A stretch of DNA of 64,000 bases from an uncultured Oscillospiraceae bacterium (GCA_900547445.1 URGJ01000001.1:53556-117555); one strand, 5' to 3'. Numbered from the stretch's first letter, positions 20,212 through 30,152 are shown. Notes: generated from the sequence alone by a model not told the origin. Numbers and translations are program-made.

Positions 20212-21021
20212 ATGTTTTATAAAGGCGAGTATCACATAATAGGCGAAAACATTAAAAAAAGTCCTTTTTCCAAGCTGAAAGTTATCGAGCTTGTTCAGCC
20301 TTGGTCTAATGACGGATACTTTGTTTTGAATGACAAAATCTTCAGCATTGAACCCGGTTGCGTTTTCGTGCTCAATGCATTTGAAACGCATTGCGTAAAC
20401 ACACCGGATATAAACAAATTTTGCCGAAACAAAATCATAATCGATTATGATTATTTGCTTACACTTTTTGATAAAATAAATATTCCGGAAAGCACAATAT
20501 CATCCTTTCAGAATAACCCCGTATTTTATTTCAACATTCAGGATAGATCTCCCTATGAATTGGATTTGCTTTTTAAAAAGGCGGCAGAAGCATATGACGA
20601 CCCGTCAAATATCGGTTTCGCGGAATTTATTACAGCAACAATTGAGACATTCTTATTTCTTTTCCGCAAAAGCGAAAAAAAAATACCGATTTTCATAGAT
20701 AACAACAAGCCCATCAACAAAGCCATGGAATATATCAACAATAATTTATATAATGAAAATCTAAGCCTTGACGATATATGCGAAAATTGCCATACAAACA
20801 AGTACTACCTTTGTCACACCTTCAAAGAAACAACCGGAATTTCGGTTATGAAGTATATTAAGGAAAGACGAATAAACCGGGCAAAACAGTTACTGATTGA
20901 AACCGACATAAAAATATGCGATATCGGCAGTATGGTCGGGTATCCCAATGCCTCTCTTTTCTGTAAAATTTTCAAACAGGATGTAGGTTGTCCCCCTCTT
21001 AAATACCGTAATATCAAGTAA
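20212..21021 (+). CDS. AraC-family transcriptional regulator (cupin-like sensor + HTH)
   Basis: C-terminal AraC HTH LSLDDICENCHTNKYYLCHTFKETTGISVMKYIKERRINRAKQLL...IGSMVGYPNASLFCKIFKQ. AGGAGG RBS precedes the ATG at 20212; the track ORF start at 20050 is a spurious extension. Confidence 0.8.
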   Translation: MFYKGEYHIIGENIKKSPFSKLKVIELVQPWSNDGYFVLNDKIFSIEPGCVFVLNAFETHCVNTPDINKFCRNKIIIDYDYLLTLFDKINIPESTISSFQNNPVFYFNIQDRSPYELDLLFKKAAEAYDDPSNIGFAEFITATIETFLFLFRKSEKKIPIFIDNNKPINKAMEYINNNLYNENLSLDDICENCHTNKYYLCHTFKETTGISVMKYIKERRINRAKQLLIETDIKICDIGSMVGYPNASLFCKIFKQDVGCPPLKYRNIK

Positions 21022-21023
21022 AA

Positions 21024-21068
21024 AGTAAACCTCCTATGCAACTTCAATTCACATAGGAGGTTTTTATT
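21024..21068. terminator. Bidirectional rho-independent terminator between araC and the convergent FAD oxidoreductase gene
   Basis: Perfect 12-bp stem aaacctcctatg (21027-21038) / cataggaggttt (21052-21063), with A-run on one side and T-run on the other. Confidence 0.8.
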
Positions 21069-21069
21069 A

Positions 21070-22365
21070 TTATACTACTGCTTTTTGTTCCAAAAGAGTT
21101 TTTCTGAGAAAATCAATATCTATATTTCTGACATTGAAATCATTTTTGCAGGCAATTGCAGCGGCTGTTCCCGCGGCTTGCCCTTCTGCCATACAGCAGG
21201 CTTGAACACGCATTGAAGCAAGTGCTTCTCTTTCCATTGAAACGCATCTTCCCGCAACGATCAAATTATCTATTTCTTTGGTTATCATGCAGCCATACGG
21301 TATATAGTACGGTTTGTCTAAAAATCGAACCTTTTGCTCGGCGCTGTTAGGCACATGAATGTCAATGCAATGACCGCCCATACCGATAGAATCCGGATAA
21401 TGAACGCTGTTAATGATTTCTTCTTTAGTAACCTTATGACTTCCTATTATTCTTCGGCTTTCCCTCGAACCGGCCTGTGATGCAGTTTGAAGAATATAGC
21501 AATTCCTGAAAGCAGGATGATATTTTTTCAAAGCATTTACAAGCGCAAATACATCTTCACGGAGTTTTATTTCTGCTTTTGTCAAGGATTCGGCATTTGA
21601 AGAATCCGCCATACATCTTGAAATATTAACATCAACAATTCCGTTTGCCATACTCTTGAAAAACCAAGGTCCGCCGAAGTTGGGAATTCTTTCGTTTTCG
21701 GTTTTTTCCAGTAACATATTATGTATTTCTTTGCTGAAATGGCGTTTATTCTCTGAGCCCGCCTCATCATCTGATTCAAGAAAACCAGGATCAACCCCAC
21801 CCAGTCTGATCCAAAGCGTCATTGGCTGTAATGTACCTACATCATATTCTTCCATCGGCACATCTGCCATAAATGCCACATCTGCATCTCCTGTGCAGTC
21901 GATTACCGTCTTTGCGGAAATTGCCGACTGTCCGGACTTGTTTGCAAAAACAATATGTGTTATCCTATTTTTTTCTTTGATTACATCGGTGATATACGAA
22001 TGAAGAAACAATTTTGCTCCCGATTCGACAACCATTCGCTGTGCTTCAAGTTTATAAAATTCCTGGTCAAAAGGCACACTGCCGTTTGCAAAAGTATCTA
22101 CAGCCGAATTTGTCGCCGTTAACCTTTGAACAAACTCCCACGGAATTCCATTAATAATAAGCTTCCCGTTTTTTCTGAAATTTGCCATTGGCGTGACAAG
22201 ACCTGCTGTCGCAGTCCCGCCAAGATACCCATAGCGTTCTATAAGGGCGGTTTTCGCACCGTTTCTCGCCGCTGCAACGGCAGCAATAAAACCCGAAGGT
22301 CCGCCTCCGCAAACCACCGCGTCAAATTCATCTGTGACCTTAATATCTTTCTTAATTGTTAACAT
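21070..22365 (-). CDS. FAD-dependent oxidoreductase (PF12831-like), paralogue of the 16654..18069 gene
   Basis: DAVVCGGGPSGFIAAVAAARNG dinucleotide motif and C-terminal CCMAEGQAAGTAAA block. Confidence 0.7.
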   Translation of the reverse strand: MLTIKKDIKVTDEFDAVVCGGGPSGFIAAVAAARNGAKTALIERYGYLGGTATAGLVTPMANFRKNGKLIINGIPWEFVQRLTATNSAVDTFANGSVPFDQEFYKLEAQRMVVESGAKLFLHSYITDVIKEKNRITHIVFANKSGQSAISAKTVIDCTGDADVAFMADVPMEEYDVGTLQPMTLWIRLGGVDPGFLESDDEAGSENKRHFSKEIHNMLLEKTENERIPNFGGPWFFKSMANGIVDVNISRCMADSSNAESLTKAEIKLREDVFALVNALKKYHPAFRNCYILQTASQAGSRESRRIIGSHKVTKEEIINSVHYPDSIGMGGHCIDIHVPNSAEQKVRFLDKPYYIPYGCMITKEIDNLIVAGRCVSMEREALASMRVQACCMAEGQAAGTAAAIACKNDFNVRNIDIDFLRKTLLEQKAVV

Positions 22366-22379
22366 AGCATTCTACTCCT

Positions 22380-23315
22380 TTATGAAATCGCCTTAGCAAG
22401 AGTTACAACAACAGGCATCGTAATTATGGAAAGCAATGTGCTGATCGAAACCATATTTGCAGATAGATTTGTGTCGGAATCATATTTCAAAGAAAGCATG
22501 GTTGTCATCGCTCCGACGGGAGCACAGCAGGATATTACAATTGAGATAAACATTGTGTCTCTGATTCCCGCAAAATACATAAGTCCAAGTACTAAAAGTG
22601 GGAAAATCACCAATCTGGAAATAACCGCAAGCATACATTTTAAGTCTGTAAAGCCTTTAAGAATGTTACTGTTTGCCATGTGATATCCTATCATTATCAT
22701 AGGCAAGGGGGTGTTAATTGCGGTAATATATGTTATAGTCTGGGTAACAATACCGGGCACCGGCAAGGATGTAAAGAATATTACCAATCCGATTAAAAGC
22801 GACAATATTCCCGGACTTAAAACAATCTTTTTAAGGGAAAAAAACTTTTTGTCCCCGCTTATAACAATAACACCGTAGCTCCACACGAGAGCATTATAAA
22901 TCACAATAAACGAAGATGCGTAAAACACGCCTTCATCACCGAGCAAGACCTGTTGAAGCGGCAAAGACATAAACCCGCAATTTGAAAATATCGCGCCCAG
23001 ACGCAATACATTCTGTCTTGCCTTATCCTTATCATGAAAAAAAGCACAACTTAATAAAATAAATAAAATATGCGCCAACAAAGCAATTAAAGAACTTATC
23101 AGAAGCCTCCTCAGCACAGAAGGATCAAATTCCCTGATAAACGACTTGATAATAACGCACGGAGTTACCGCTAACACAACAATATCCGTCATGCCTTTTA
23201 CACATGCTTCATTGAGGACCTTTGCCTTTGTCAATACCGTTCCAAGCCCCATCAGCAAAAACAAGATGGCAACCTGTGAAAAAACACTTAAAAACATTAT
23301 GTATTCATCCCGCAA
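22380..23315 (-). CDS. AEC (auxin efflux carrier / malate-permease-like) family transporter
   Basis: 311-aa polytopic membrane protein with two 5-TM halves, characteristic of PF03547. Start codon choice (23315 vs the internal MFLSVF) is uncertain. Confidence 0.65.
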   Translation of the reverse strand: MRDEYIMFLSVFSQVAILFLLMGLGTVLTKAKVLNEACVKGMTDIVVLAVTPCVIIKSFIREFDPSVLRRLLISSLIALLAHILFILLSCAFFHDKDKARQNVLRLGAIFSNCGFMSLPLQQVLLGDEGVFYASSFIVIYNALVWSYGVIVISGDKKFFSLKKIVLSPGILSLLIGLVIFFTSLPVPGIVTQTITYITAINTPLPMIMIGYHMANSNILKGFTDLKCMLAVISRLVIFPLLVLGLMYFAGIRDTMFISIVISCCAPVGAMTTMLSLKYDSDTNLSANMVSISTLLSIITMPVVVTLAKAIS

Positions 23316-23617
23316 AAATATAATAACTCTTCAAATGTCATTATATCAAAACCTTCAGTTATTACAATGTTATATATTGTGCAAAAATTGTTTCTTTATT
23401 GCTACCCTATGCTGACGTTCCGGAGGTGCTCACTAACATTGGTGAATGCGGGGAATATTGTACCTTTTGCTGAGCTCCTTTAATAACTTATATTAAGTCT
23501 TGCAATTAATGCAATAAAAAACTCAATCCGCGTACAGAATTCAATTCTAAAAATACCTAACCTTTGAATGTTGAGCAGGTCAAGGAAAAACGACCTGTAA
23601 TGCTCATAGCAACGAAT

Positions 23618-24277
23618 TTACAGCAAGGTGAAGGTGCTTCGTTTACATTCAAGCACCTTTTCGTTTCGAAGCTTGCTTATTTCCGCAGAAAGTCCGCTGC
23701 GCTCCACCCCAAGATAATCCGCAAGCTCTTGCCGATTGTACGGAATTGTAAATGTTCTGCTTCCCGAATTTTTTTCTTGCAGAAAAAGATATGTCATCAG
23801 CTTTTCTCTTGTGCTGTGTTTTGAAGTGATTTCGATTTTCTGATGCAAAACAAAATTTTTCTTTGCGACTATATTAAGAAGATTTATAATAAGCTGAGCA
23901 TGAAAGGTGCAGGCACCCTCACAGGGAGAAGCGGCACGCTTCACATCAATAAAGAGAATATCTGTATCCTCTGCAGCGATAACGTCAATCGGCAATGATT
24001 TAATACCCGCGCAAGCAAAGGCTTCACCAAAAAGCTGCGATGGCTCAATGCTTGTAAGAATACTCCGATTTCCGTAATAGTCCACTCGCTCAAGCTGTAC
24101 GCTGCCTTTAAGAACAATGCCAAAATACTTTGCCTCCTGCCCCTCGGCAAGTACTGTATCGCCTTTTTTATAGCTTTTTTCCTTTGCACCGAGACATCCG
24201 AGCGCTCTTACAAGGCTTTCGTCCTCTATTTGATTAAAAAGCGGACATTTACGCAAAACTTCAAAATATTTTTTCAT
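23618..24277 (-). CDS. Crp/Fnr family transcriptional regulator
   Basis: N-terminal cNMP-binding-like beta-roll and C-terminal HTH RQELADYLGVERSGLSAEISKLRNEKVL. Confidence 0.8.
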   Translation of the reverse strand: MKKYFEVLRKCPLFNQIEDESLVRALGCLGAKEKSYKKGDTVLAEGQEAKYFGIVLKGSVQLERVDYYGNRSILTSIEPSQLFGEAFACAGIKSLPIDVIAAEDTDILFIDVKRAASPCEGACTFHAQLIINLLNIVAKKNFVLHQKIEITSKHSTREKLMTYLFLQEKNSGSRTFTIPYNRQELADYLGVERSGLSAEISKLRNEKVLECKRSTFTLL

Positions 24278-24367
24278 TTTTTCTCCTTTTGTTGAAATTT
24301 CAACAGACTTTGAATATTAATTATAGTATACTCTGCTTGTCAGACTAATAAACAGGAGGAACAATAA

Positions 24368-25060
24368 ATGTTCAGAAAAATAATTAAGATTAATGAAGAA
24401 AAGTGTAATGGGTGCGGCGCCTGTGCCGCCGCCTGCCACGAGGGAGCAATTCAAATAATCGACGGTAAAGCAAGACTTACGCGCGAAGATTACTGCGACG
24501 GGCTCGGAGACTGTCTTCCCGCCTGTCCGACAAATGCAATTTCCTTTGAAGAACGTGAAGCGCCTGCCTATAATGAAGAAGCGGTAAAGGCGGCAAAAGC
24601 TGCAAAATCTCATAACCCTCTTCCCTGCGGATGTCCCGGAACGCAGTCAAAGCCGATACGCCGAGATACCGCTCCTACCCTTACCACAGAACCCGGAAGT
24701 CAGCTTTCGCAGTGGCCCGTTCAAATTAAACTTGTACCGGTTAACGCACCGTATTTTGCAGGTGCAAGACTTCTTATTGCCGCCGACTGCACAGCATTCG
24801 CTTACGGTAATTTTCACGACAGGTTTATACGCAACCACATAACGCTTATCGGTTGTCCAAAGCTCGACGAGGGAGATTACACCGACAAGCTGACGCAAAT
24901 AATTTCAAACAACGACATTAAAAGCGTAACCGTAGTCAGAATGGAGGTGCCGTGCTGCGGAGGGCTTGAAAACGCCGCCAAAAACGCACTTAAAGCAAGT
25001 GGAAAATTTATTCCGTGGAGTGTAGTTACAATTTCAACCGACGGAAAAATCTCTGAATAA
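24368..25060 (+). CDS. 4Fe-4S dicluster ferredoxin-domain protein with Cys-rich C-terminal domain
   Basis: CNGCGACAAAC...CDGLGDCLPACP (two CxxCxxCxxxCP motifs), then CGCPG ... VPCCGG. Divergent from the Crp/Fnr gene. Confidence 0.6.
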   Translation: MFRKIIKINEEKCNGCGACAAACHEGAIQIIDGKARLTREDYCDGLGDCLPACPTNAISFEEREAPAYNEEAVKAAKAAKSHNPLPCGCPGTQSKPIRRDTAPTLTTEPGSQLSQWPVQIKLVPVNAPYFAGARLLIAADCTAFAYGNFHDRFIRNHITLIGCPKLDEGDYTDKLTQIISNNDIKSVTVVRMEVPCCGGLENAAKNALKASGKFIPWSVVTISTDGKISE

Positions 25061-25107
25061 TATTTATAACAGCTAAATATTATCTTAATGCTGTTCGCGA
25101 CTGTTAT

Positions 25108-25151
25108 AAAAACCTACCTAATCAAAAAGCTCAAGATTAGGTAGGTTTTTT
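25108..25151. terminator. Bidirectional rho-independent terminator
   Basis: 12-bp perfect stem acctacctaatc (25112-25123) / gattaggtaggt (25135-25146), flanked by AAAA upstream and TTTTT downstream. Sits between the convergent ferredoxin and U32 genes. Confidence 0.8.
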
Positions 25152-25180
25152 ACAGTTAATGCAGTATTAAACCGCATTTA

Positions 25181-26407
25181 TTAGGTTTTCATTCTGAGCA
25201 TTGCGCCTGATTTTATGGGTCGGTTAAACGGAATTTTAATTTTCATCATTGGGCGGGGCGCTGATTCTATCGCATTACCGTCTATATCGTAAAGCTCGTC
25301 CGCCTTTACGGTAAAGGGTGGGGACTTCGGTTCTAAACAGTCAAGCTCCTGCCCCCGCAAAAACTTATTTTTAAGGGTAGCGATAATAAAACCGTCACGG
25401 TAGCCGTCAACCGTCGCCGCCACCGAGTAATCCCTTATATAGCCCGCATTTTCATAGGTCTGGGCGTTTTTCGGAGTTCCGAAATAGAAGCCTGTCGAAT
25501 AGGTGCGGTGGCTTATTTTATTAAACTCCTCGGCGACCCAAGGCGGCAGTTTCCAGTTATCGCCGCCGCTTTTGAGACTGTCAAGCGCGCCGCGGTAGGC
25601 GTTGGCGGTCACCGCAACGTAATAGTGGGATTTTGCCCTGCCCTCTATTTTAATGCTGTCTATTCCGCTCCCTGCCATTTTGTCAAGATGCTGTGCCATG
25701 CAAAGGTCGTTGGCGTTCAGAATATAGGTGCCCTTGTCGGTCTCGGTAATATCGAAATACTGACCCTCCCGCTTTTCCTCCATAAGGGAATAACTCCAGC
25801 GGCAGGGCTGGGCGCAGTCGCCGCGGTTGGAATCGCGCCCTGTCATATAGCTTGATAAAAGGCATCTTGCCGAAAAGGAAACGCACATAGCGCCGTGAGC
25901 AAAGGCTTCAATTTCAAGGTCTTTTGGGGTCTTTGCCCTAATTTCAGTAATCTCGTCAAGCGACAGCTCCCGCGCTAACACTACCCGCTTTGCGCCTAAA
26001 TTGTAAAAGGCGTTGGCAGTTTCGTAATTGCATATGCCCGATTGCACCGAGGCGTGAAGCTCCAAGCGTGGGGCATATTTTTTTATAAGCCCTATCGTGC
26101 CTAAATCCGCGGCTATAACTGCGTCCGCTCCTAATGAGTCTATAAGCTCCAAAAAGGCGGGCAGTCGCAGAATTTCCTCGTTGTGGGGAATGGTGTTGCA
26201 GGCAATATGCACCTTAACGCCGTTTTTGTGGGCGTATTCGATCCCCTTTTTTAAATCCTCTTCTCCGAAATTCGTTGCGGCGGTGCGCATACCGAACTCC
26301 TCGCCCGCAAGGTAAACCGCGTCCGCGCCGTAATCCACGGCGGCTTTGAGTCTTGTCAAATCCCCCGCAGGGCATAAAAGCTCGGGTATTTTAATGTTAT
26401 TCTTCAT
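25181..26407 (-). CDS. Peptidase U32 family protein (collagenase-like / RlhA-YhbU family)
   Basis: N-terminal LLCPAGDLTRLKAAVDYGADAVYLAGEEFGMR...GVKVHIACNT is typical of U32. Confidence 0.8.
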   Translation of the reverse strand: MKNNIKIPELLCPAGDLTRLKAAVDYGADAVYLAGEEFGMRTAATNFGEEDLKKGIEYAHKNGVKVHIACNTIPHNEEILRLPAFLELIDSLGADAVIAADLGTIGLIKKYAPRLELHASVQSGICNYETANAFYNLGAKRVVLARELSLDEITEIRAKTPKDLEIEAFAHGAMCVSFSARCLLSSYMTGRDSNRGDCAQPCRWSYSLMEEKREGQYFDITETDKGTYILNANDLCMAQHLDKMAGSGIDSIKIEGRAKSHYYVAVTANAYRGALDSLKSGGDNWKLPPWVAEEFNKISHRTYSTGFYFGTPKNAQTYENAGYIRDYSVAATVDGYRDGFIIATLKNKFLRGQELDCLEPKSPPFTVKADELYDIDGNAIESAPRPMMKIKIPFNRPIKSGAMLRMKT

Positions 26408-27581
26408 AAATCCAGTTCTTTGCCGCCTTAAGCCTTGCTATGGTCGAGTTATGCTCGGATAAGGTCTTGTTGTAATAAAATTTCATTGACGCGTCGGTTA
26501 CAAAATAGTAGTAATCAAAACTTTCCGTAGGCTCAGCCGACGCTTTAATTGAATTAAGGCTGGGCGAGCAGAGAGGTCCGGGAGGAAGCCCCGCCGACTC
26601 GTAGGTGTTGTACCTGCCGCCGCCATAGGGATATTTTCTTGTGGGGGACGAGCCTAAGGTTGAAAACCCGTCGCTTTTTAAGCGGTTGAAGAAGACCGCC
26701 GCTACATTTGCCATTTCATTAGGACTGCCGCCCGCCTCTAACTCTACAATAGAAGCCATAGTCATAATTTCGTGAAGCGTATAGCCGCTGTCCGAAATCT
26801 TTTTGCGCAGTGTGCTGTCAAGCTTTTGATCCAGCGTCTTTAGCATTTTGTCAACCGCTAAATGGGCGCACTCCTTGGAATCAAAGTTATAAAAATCATA
26901 GGAATCGGGAAAAAGGTAGCCCTCTAAGCGGTAATAAACCTTTTCCTCGGGTATATCCTTTACAAAATCATAGTCAAACTCGCCGGTTTGTACCTCGCTT
27001 AAAAAGTCGGACTTCGTGCAAACTCCTTTTTCCTCAAGGATTTTCGCAATATCGTCCACCGAGGACATTTCGGGTATTGTAACGTGAACGCTCTGAGCCT
27101 TTGCGCCCTCCTCAATAAGCATAACCGACAGCGCCTCGTAGCCCGCCTCGTTATTAAAGGTGTAAACGCCATATTTGAACTGACTGTCGTAGTGCTTTAG
27201 CTTGGCGTACATTCTGAAAAGGAAGGGTATTTTAACCGCGCCGCAGTCTTTTAACTCATCGGCAATCTGCGCCGTAGCCATACCCTGCTCAATTTCTATT
27301 GTACATTCCTTTCCTCTGCCGAAGCCTATGCCCATATAGTCCGCTCCCGCGTAAATAACCCCAAACGCAAGGCCGACAGATACAATTATTATGCAAAGCA
27401 CCCATACAAGGGTTTTAGAAAGGCTGTGACCGTCCGAGTGCTTACTGCCTTTTCCTTTCGGCTTGTCCGACCCGGAGTTTTCATCAATTTCAAAGCCCCT
27501 GCCTATCACAAAATCGTCGTCCGGAGCATTTGTAAAGCCGCTGTTTTCCCGCGGATTTTCGCTGAAATTATTACCGTCCAT
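26397..27581 (-). CDS. mltG: Endolytic murein transglycosylase MltG (YceG family)
   Basis: N-terminal TM segment, YceG-like domain, and the conserved GLPPGPL motif near the C-terminus. 11-nt overlap with the U32 gene. Confidence 0.8.
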   Translation of the reverse strand: MDGNNFSENPRENSGFTNAPDDDFVIGRGFEIDENSGSDKPKGKGSKHSDGHSLSKTLVWVLCIIIVSVGLAFGVIYAGADYMGIGFGRGKECTIEIEQGMATAQIADELKDCGAVKIPFLFRMYAKLKHYDSQFKYGVYTFNNEAGYEALSVMLIEEGAKAQSVHVTIPEMSSVDDIAKILEEKGVCTKSDFLSEVQTGEFDYDFVKDIPEEKVYYRLEGYLFPDSYDFYNFDSKECAHLAVDKMLKTLDQKLDSTLRKKISDSGYTLHEIMTMASIVELEAGGSPNEMANVAAVFFNRLKSDGFSTLGSSPTRKYPYGGGRYNTYESAGLPPGPLCSPSLNSIKASAEPTESFDYYYFVTDASMKFYYNKTLSEHNSTIARLKAAKNWIYEE

Positions 27582-27591
27582 TCCTTATCTC

Positions 27592-28137
27592 CTATTTACT
27601 GTACTTCATACTTTTTTTAAGGGTGTCAGCGCACTCTTTGTCACCTGTCAGCCCGCTTAAAAGCTTGAAGCCGAAATCAAACGCCGCTCCCGCGCCGCAG
27701 GCGGTGGTTATTTTTCCGTCTGTCACAACAGGAAGATCGGCAAATTCCGCTCCGTAAAGGTCTTTTTCAAAACCCGGGAAACAGGTGGCTTTTTTGCCCT
27801 TTAAAAGTCCCTTGTGACCGAGTATTGAGGGCGCGGCGCAGATAGCGCCGATATAAAGTCCGTTCTTATCCGCAAAATCGATAAAACGCTGAACACACTC
27901 GCTCTTTTCAAGATTAAGCGTTCCCGGCATACCTCCGGGAAGAATTATTCCCTCAAGCCCGTCTGTTGTTGCCTCTTGAGCTGTAATATCGCACACAACG
28001 GGGATTTTGTGAGAGCCGACGGCGTTTTTTCCGCCTACGCCGACCGTTTTAACATTTAAACCGCCCCGCCTTAAAATATCGACAGGGGCTAACGCCTCGA
28101 TTTCCTCAAATCCGTCGCTTAAGAACACATAAATCAT
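27592..28137 (-). CDS. DJ-1/PfpI (ThiJ) family protein
   Basis: GGMPGT and the nucleophile-elbow segment GAICAAP. Confidence 0.8.
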   Translation of the reverse strand: MIYVFLSDGFEEIEALAPVDILRRGGLNVKTVGVGGKNAVGSHKIPVVCDITAQEATTDGLEGIILPGGMPGTLNLEKSECVQRFIDFADKNGLYIGAICAAPSILGHKGLLKGKKATCFPGFEKDLYGAEFADLPVVTDGKITTACGAGAAFDFGFKLLSGLTGDKECADTLKKSMKYSK

Positions 28138-28149
28138 AACGCCCGCTCC

Positions 28150-28920
28150 TTACTTACTTTTAAGGGATTTATAAAATTCCCGCACCTCTTGGGGTTTTCC
28201 GCAGGACATCTTACCCTCAGAGCAACCGCCTCTTACGCAGGACGGCCCCGCGTTTTTAAAGAGGTTGGGCGCAACCTCGCTTACAAGGGCTAACATCTGG
28301 TTTGCAACGTCCTGTATCTCCCACTGTGCACGGCGGCAGCACCGCACCTTAAAGAAATTCATAAGCGAGCGGGCATTCATTGTAAGCACCATTTGTGTCT
28401 CGCAGGCGTTGGGCAGGACAAATCTCGCGTCCTCAATAGCTTTTTTCTCGGCAAGGCGGGTTGCGGTCTTTTCGTCCTTTCCCTCGGCTAAGAAGGTCTT
28501 AATATGCTTTTCCTTTAATATGGCGGCAAGGCGGTCATAACGCTCCTGATCCTCCGCCATTATCTCGTCGTATATGCGTTTTGCCTCCCCGTCCTCGGCA
28601 ATTTCTGGCGGGGTGACATAACAGAAGCTGCCCTCCCTTACATACCGCTGGCTCTTGACCGAAAAGGACGCCATTCTGTGCCTTGTAATCTGAGCTAAAA
28701 GCGAGCGGGAGACCCCCTCGATTCCAAAAGTGAAGCTTGCGTGCTCGATAGGGCTTTCGTGACCTATCTCCGAAAGCATTTCCACAAAGGACGCCGCCTT
28801 TTCATCTGTTAAATTGTCATTTAAACTGTTTATGTCGGAACTGCTGTAACAAAGCTTTGCCGCCGCCGCAACCGTATGCTCAGGGTTCGGCGTGTGGGCT
28901 AAAAGAATAACGTTTGCCAT
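28150..28920 (-). CDS. thyX: FAD-dependent thymidylate synthase
   Basis: ThyX signature RHRMASFSVKSQRY (RHRX7S). Confidence 0.85.
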   Translation of the reverse strand: MANVILLAHTPNPEHTVAAAAKLCYSSSDINSLNDNLTDEKAASFVEMLSEIGHESPIEHASFTFGIEGVSRSLLAQITRHRMASFSVKSQRYVREGSFCYVTPPEIAEDGEAKRIYDEIMAEDQERYDRLAAILKEKHIKTFLAEGKDEKTATRLAEKKAIEDARFVLPNACETQMVLTMNARSLMNFFKVRCCRRAQWEIQDVANQMLALVSEVAPNLFKNAGPSCVRGGCSEGKMSCGKPQEVREFYKSLKSK

Positions 28921-28987
28921 TTTTTTGTCTCCGTTTCTTATGTTGTATTAATTATATCAAATGGTGTATATATAATCAATGATTTTT

Positions 28988-29491
28988 TCAGAATTTGCGT
29001 ATTTCAAGGCTTTTATCGTCGCCTCCCTTGGTAATGCTCTTTATTACTATAAAGTAGCTGTATTCGTCGCTTACCTTAACGCAGACCCTGTCGCCCACCT
29101 TTTTGCCCATTACCGCGTGACCCAAGGGCGATTCGCGGCTTATAAGCCTTTCGAGTGAATTTTGCCTAAGCGATGTTACAAGCCTTACGCTTTCGGTACA
29201 ATCATCCTCTTCAACATAGTATTCCACCGTGTCAAACAGTCCCACCTCGTCCGCTTTGCTTTCGGGGTGTATTATTTTCGCGGTCTTAATCATATTGCGA
29301 AGATACCTGATCCTGCTTTCGTTCCTGCCGCGTTCACGCTTTGCCGCGTGATATTCTGCGTTCTCGCTTAAGTCCCCGAAGCTCCTTGTGAACTTGACCT
29401 CCTCTAAAATCTTAGGTCTTATAACGCCGACGCGGTATTCAAGCTCCTCCTTCATTTTATCTATATCAACCTGAGTTAGCTCGTCGTACAT
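28988..29491 (-). CDS. greA: Transcription elongation factor GreA
   Basis: GreA N-terminal coiled-coil and SFGDLSENAEYHAAK motif. Start placed at the MYDELTQ methionine. Confidence 0.85.
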   Translation of the reverse strand: MYDELTQVDIDKMKEELEYRVGVIRPKILEEVKFTRSFGDLSENAEYHAAKRERGRNESRIRYLRNMIKTAKIIHPESKADEVGLFDTVEYYVEEDDCTESVRLVTSLRQNSLERLISRESPLGHAVMGKKVGDRVCVKVSDEYSYFIVIKSITKGGDDKSLEIRKF

Positions 29492-29608
29492 TTTCTCACA
29501 GCCTTTCAACATTCAGTTATCATTATAATAAACCGTGGCAGAATTATCAAGTATACGCTTTAAATTTCCCCTTAGTTGTGTTAGAATAACAGAAAAGGGG
29601 AGTTTTTT

Positions 29609-29821
29609 ATGTTTAACATTTTTCTTATCGAGGACGATCCCGTGATTTCGGGGGCGATAAAAGCACACCTTGAAGCCTGGGACTATAAGGTTTATGCCGC
29701 CGAGGATTTTAAAAATATAACCGAGCAGTTAGCAGAGGTAAGCCCTCAGCTTGTACTGCTTGATATTTCTCTGCCCTTTTACAGCGGGTACTACTGGTGC
29801 GTTGAGTCTTATAACCCATAA
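29609..29821 (+). pseudogene. 5' fragment of an OmpR-type response-regulator receiver domain (truncated after the phospho-acceptor Asp)
   Basis: MFNIFLIEDDPVISGAIKAHLEAWDYKVYAAEDF...LVLLDISLP is a canonical receiver N-terminus. The ORF stops at codon 71 and no DNA-binding domain follows. Confidence 0.45.
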
Positions 29822-29941
29822 GGGCACGGTAGCTGTCTTTGCGCTGATTTATTTGCTTATTTATTATTTCACGGCAAGGGTTTATTTTAAGATTGTTAAT
29901 TGGCGTTAAAACTATCCACAAATAAATAGGAGATGATGATT

Positions 29942-30151
29942 TTGGCTACATACATAGAAATTCAAGCTTATGTTAAAACAAATTATGGTTTTACTCCAAA
30001 AACTTGCTGGATTGCACACATGAAGGAAGTTTGCGGTATTCCCGTGAAAAATGCACCCAATAGAATTTTGCCGGATAGACGAGAAAAGCCTTGCCCTTTA
30101 GAAAAACAAAAATATATTGAGCAAGCTTTTCGTTATTTCAATATGATATAA
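29942..30151 (+). CDS. Small hypothetical protein (~70 aa)
   Basis: ORF directly followed by a perfect 16-bp terminator hairpin. AGGAG precedes a TTG 9 nt downstream, whereas the ATGATG lies too close to the RBS. Confidence 0.3.
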   Translation: MATYIEIQAYVKTNYGFTPKTCWIAHMKEVCGIPVKNAPNRILPDRREKPCPLEKQKYIEQAFRYFNMI

Positions 30152-30152
30152 T

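Noticed and set aside
23320-23617. Possible riboswitch or other structured leader upstream of the AEC transporter, and a partial palindrome TTGCAATTAATGCAA (23501-23515) as a Crp/Fnr site
   Set aside because: I could not fold a convincing conserved riboswitch architecture by eye. The palindrome is imperfect and ~190 nt from the transporter start. Left as unassigned.
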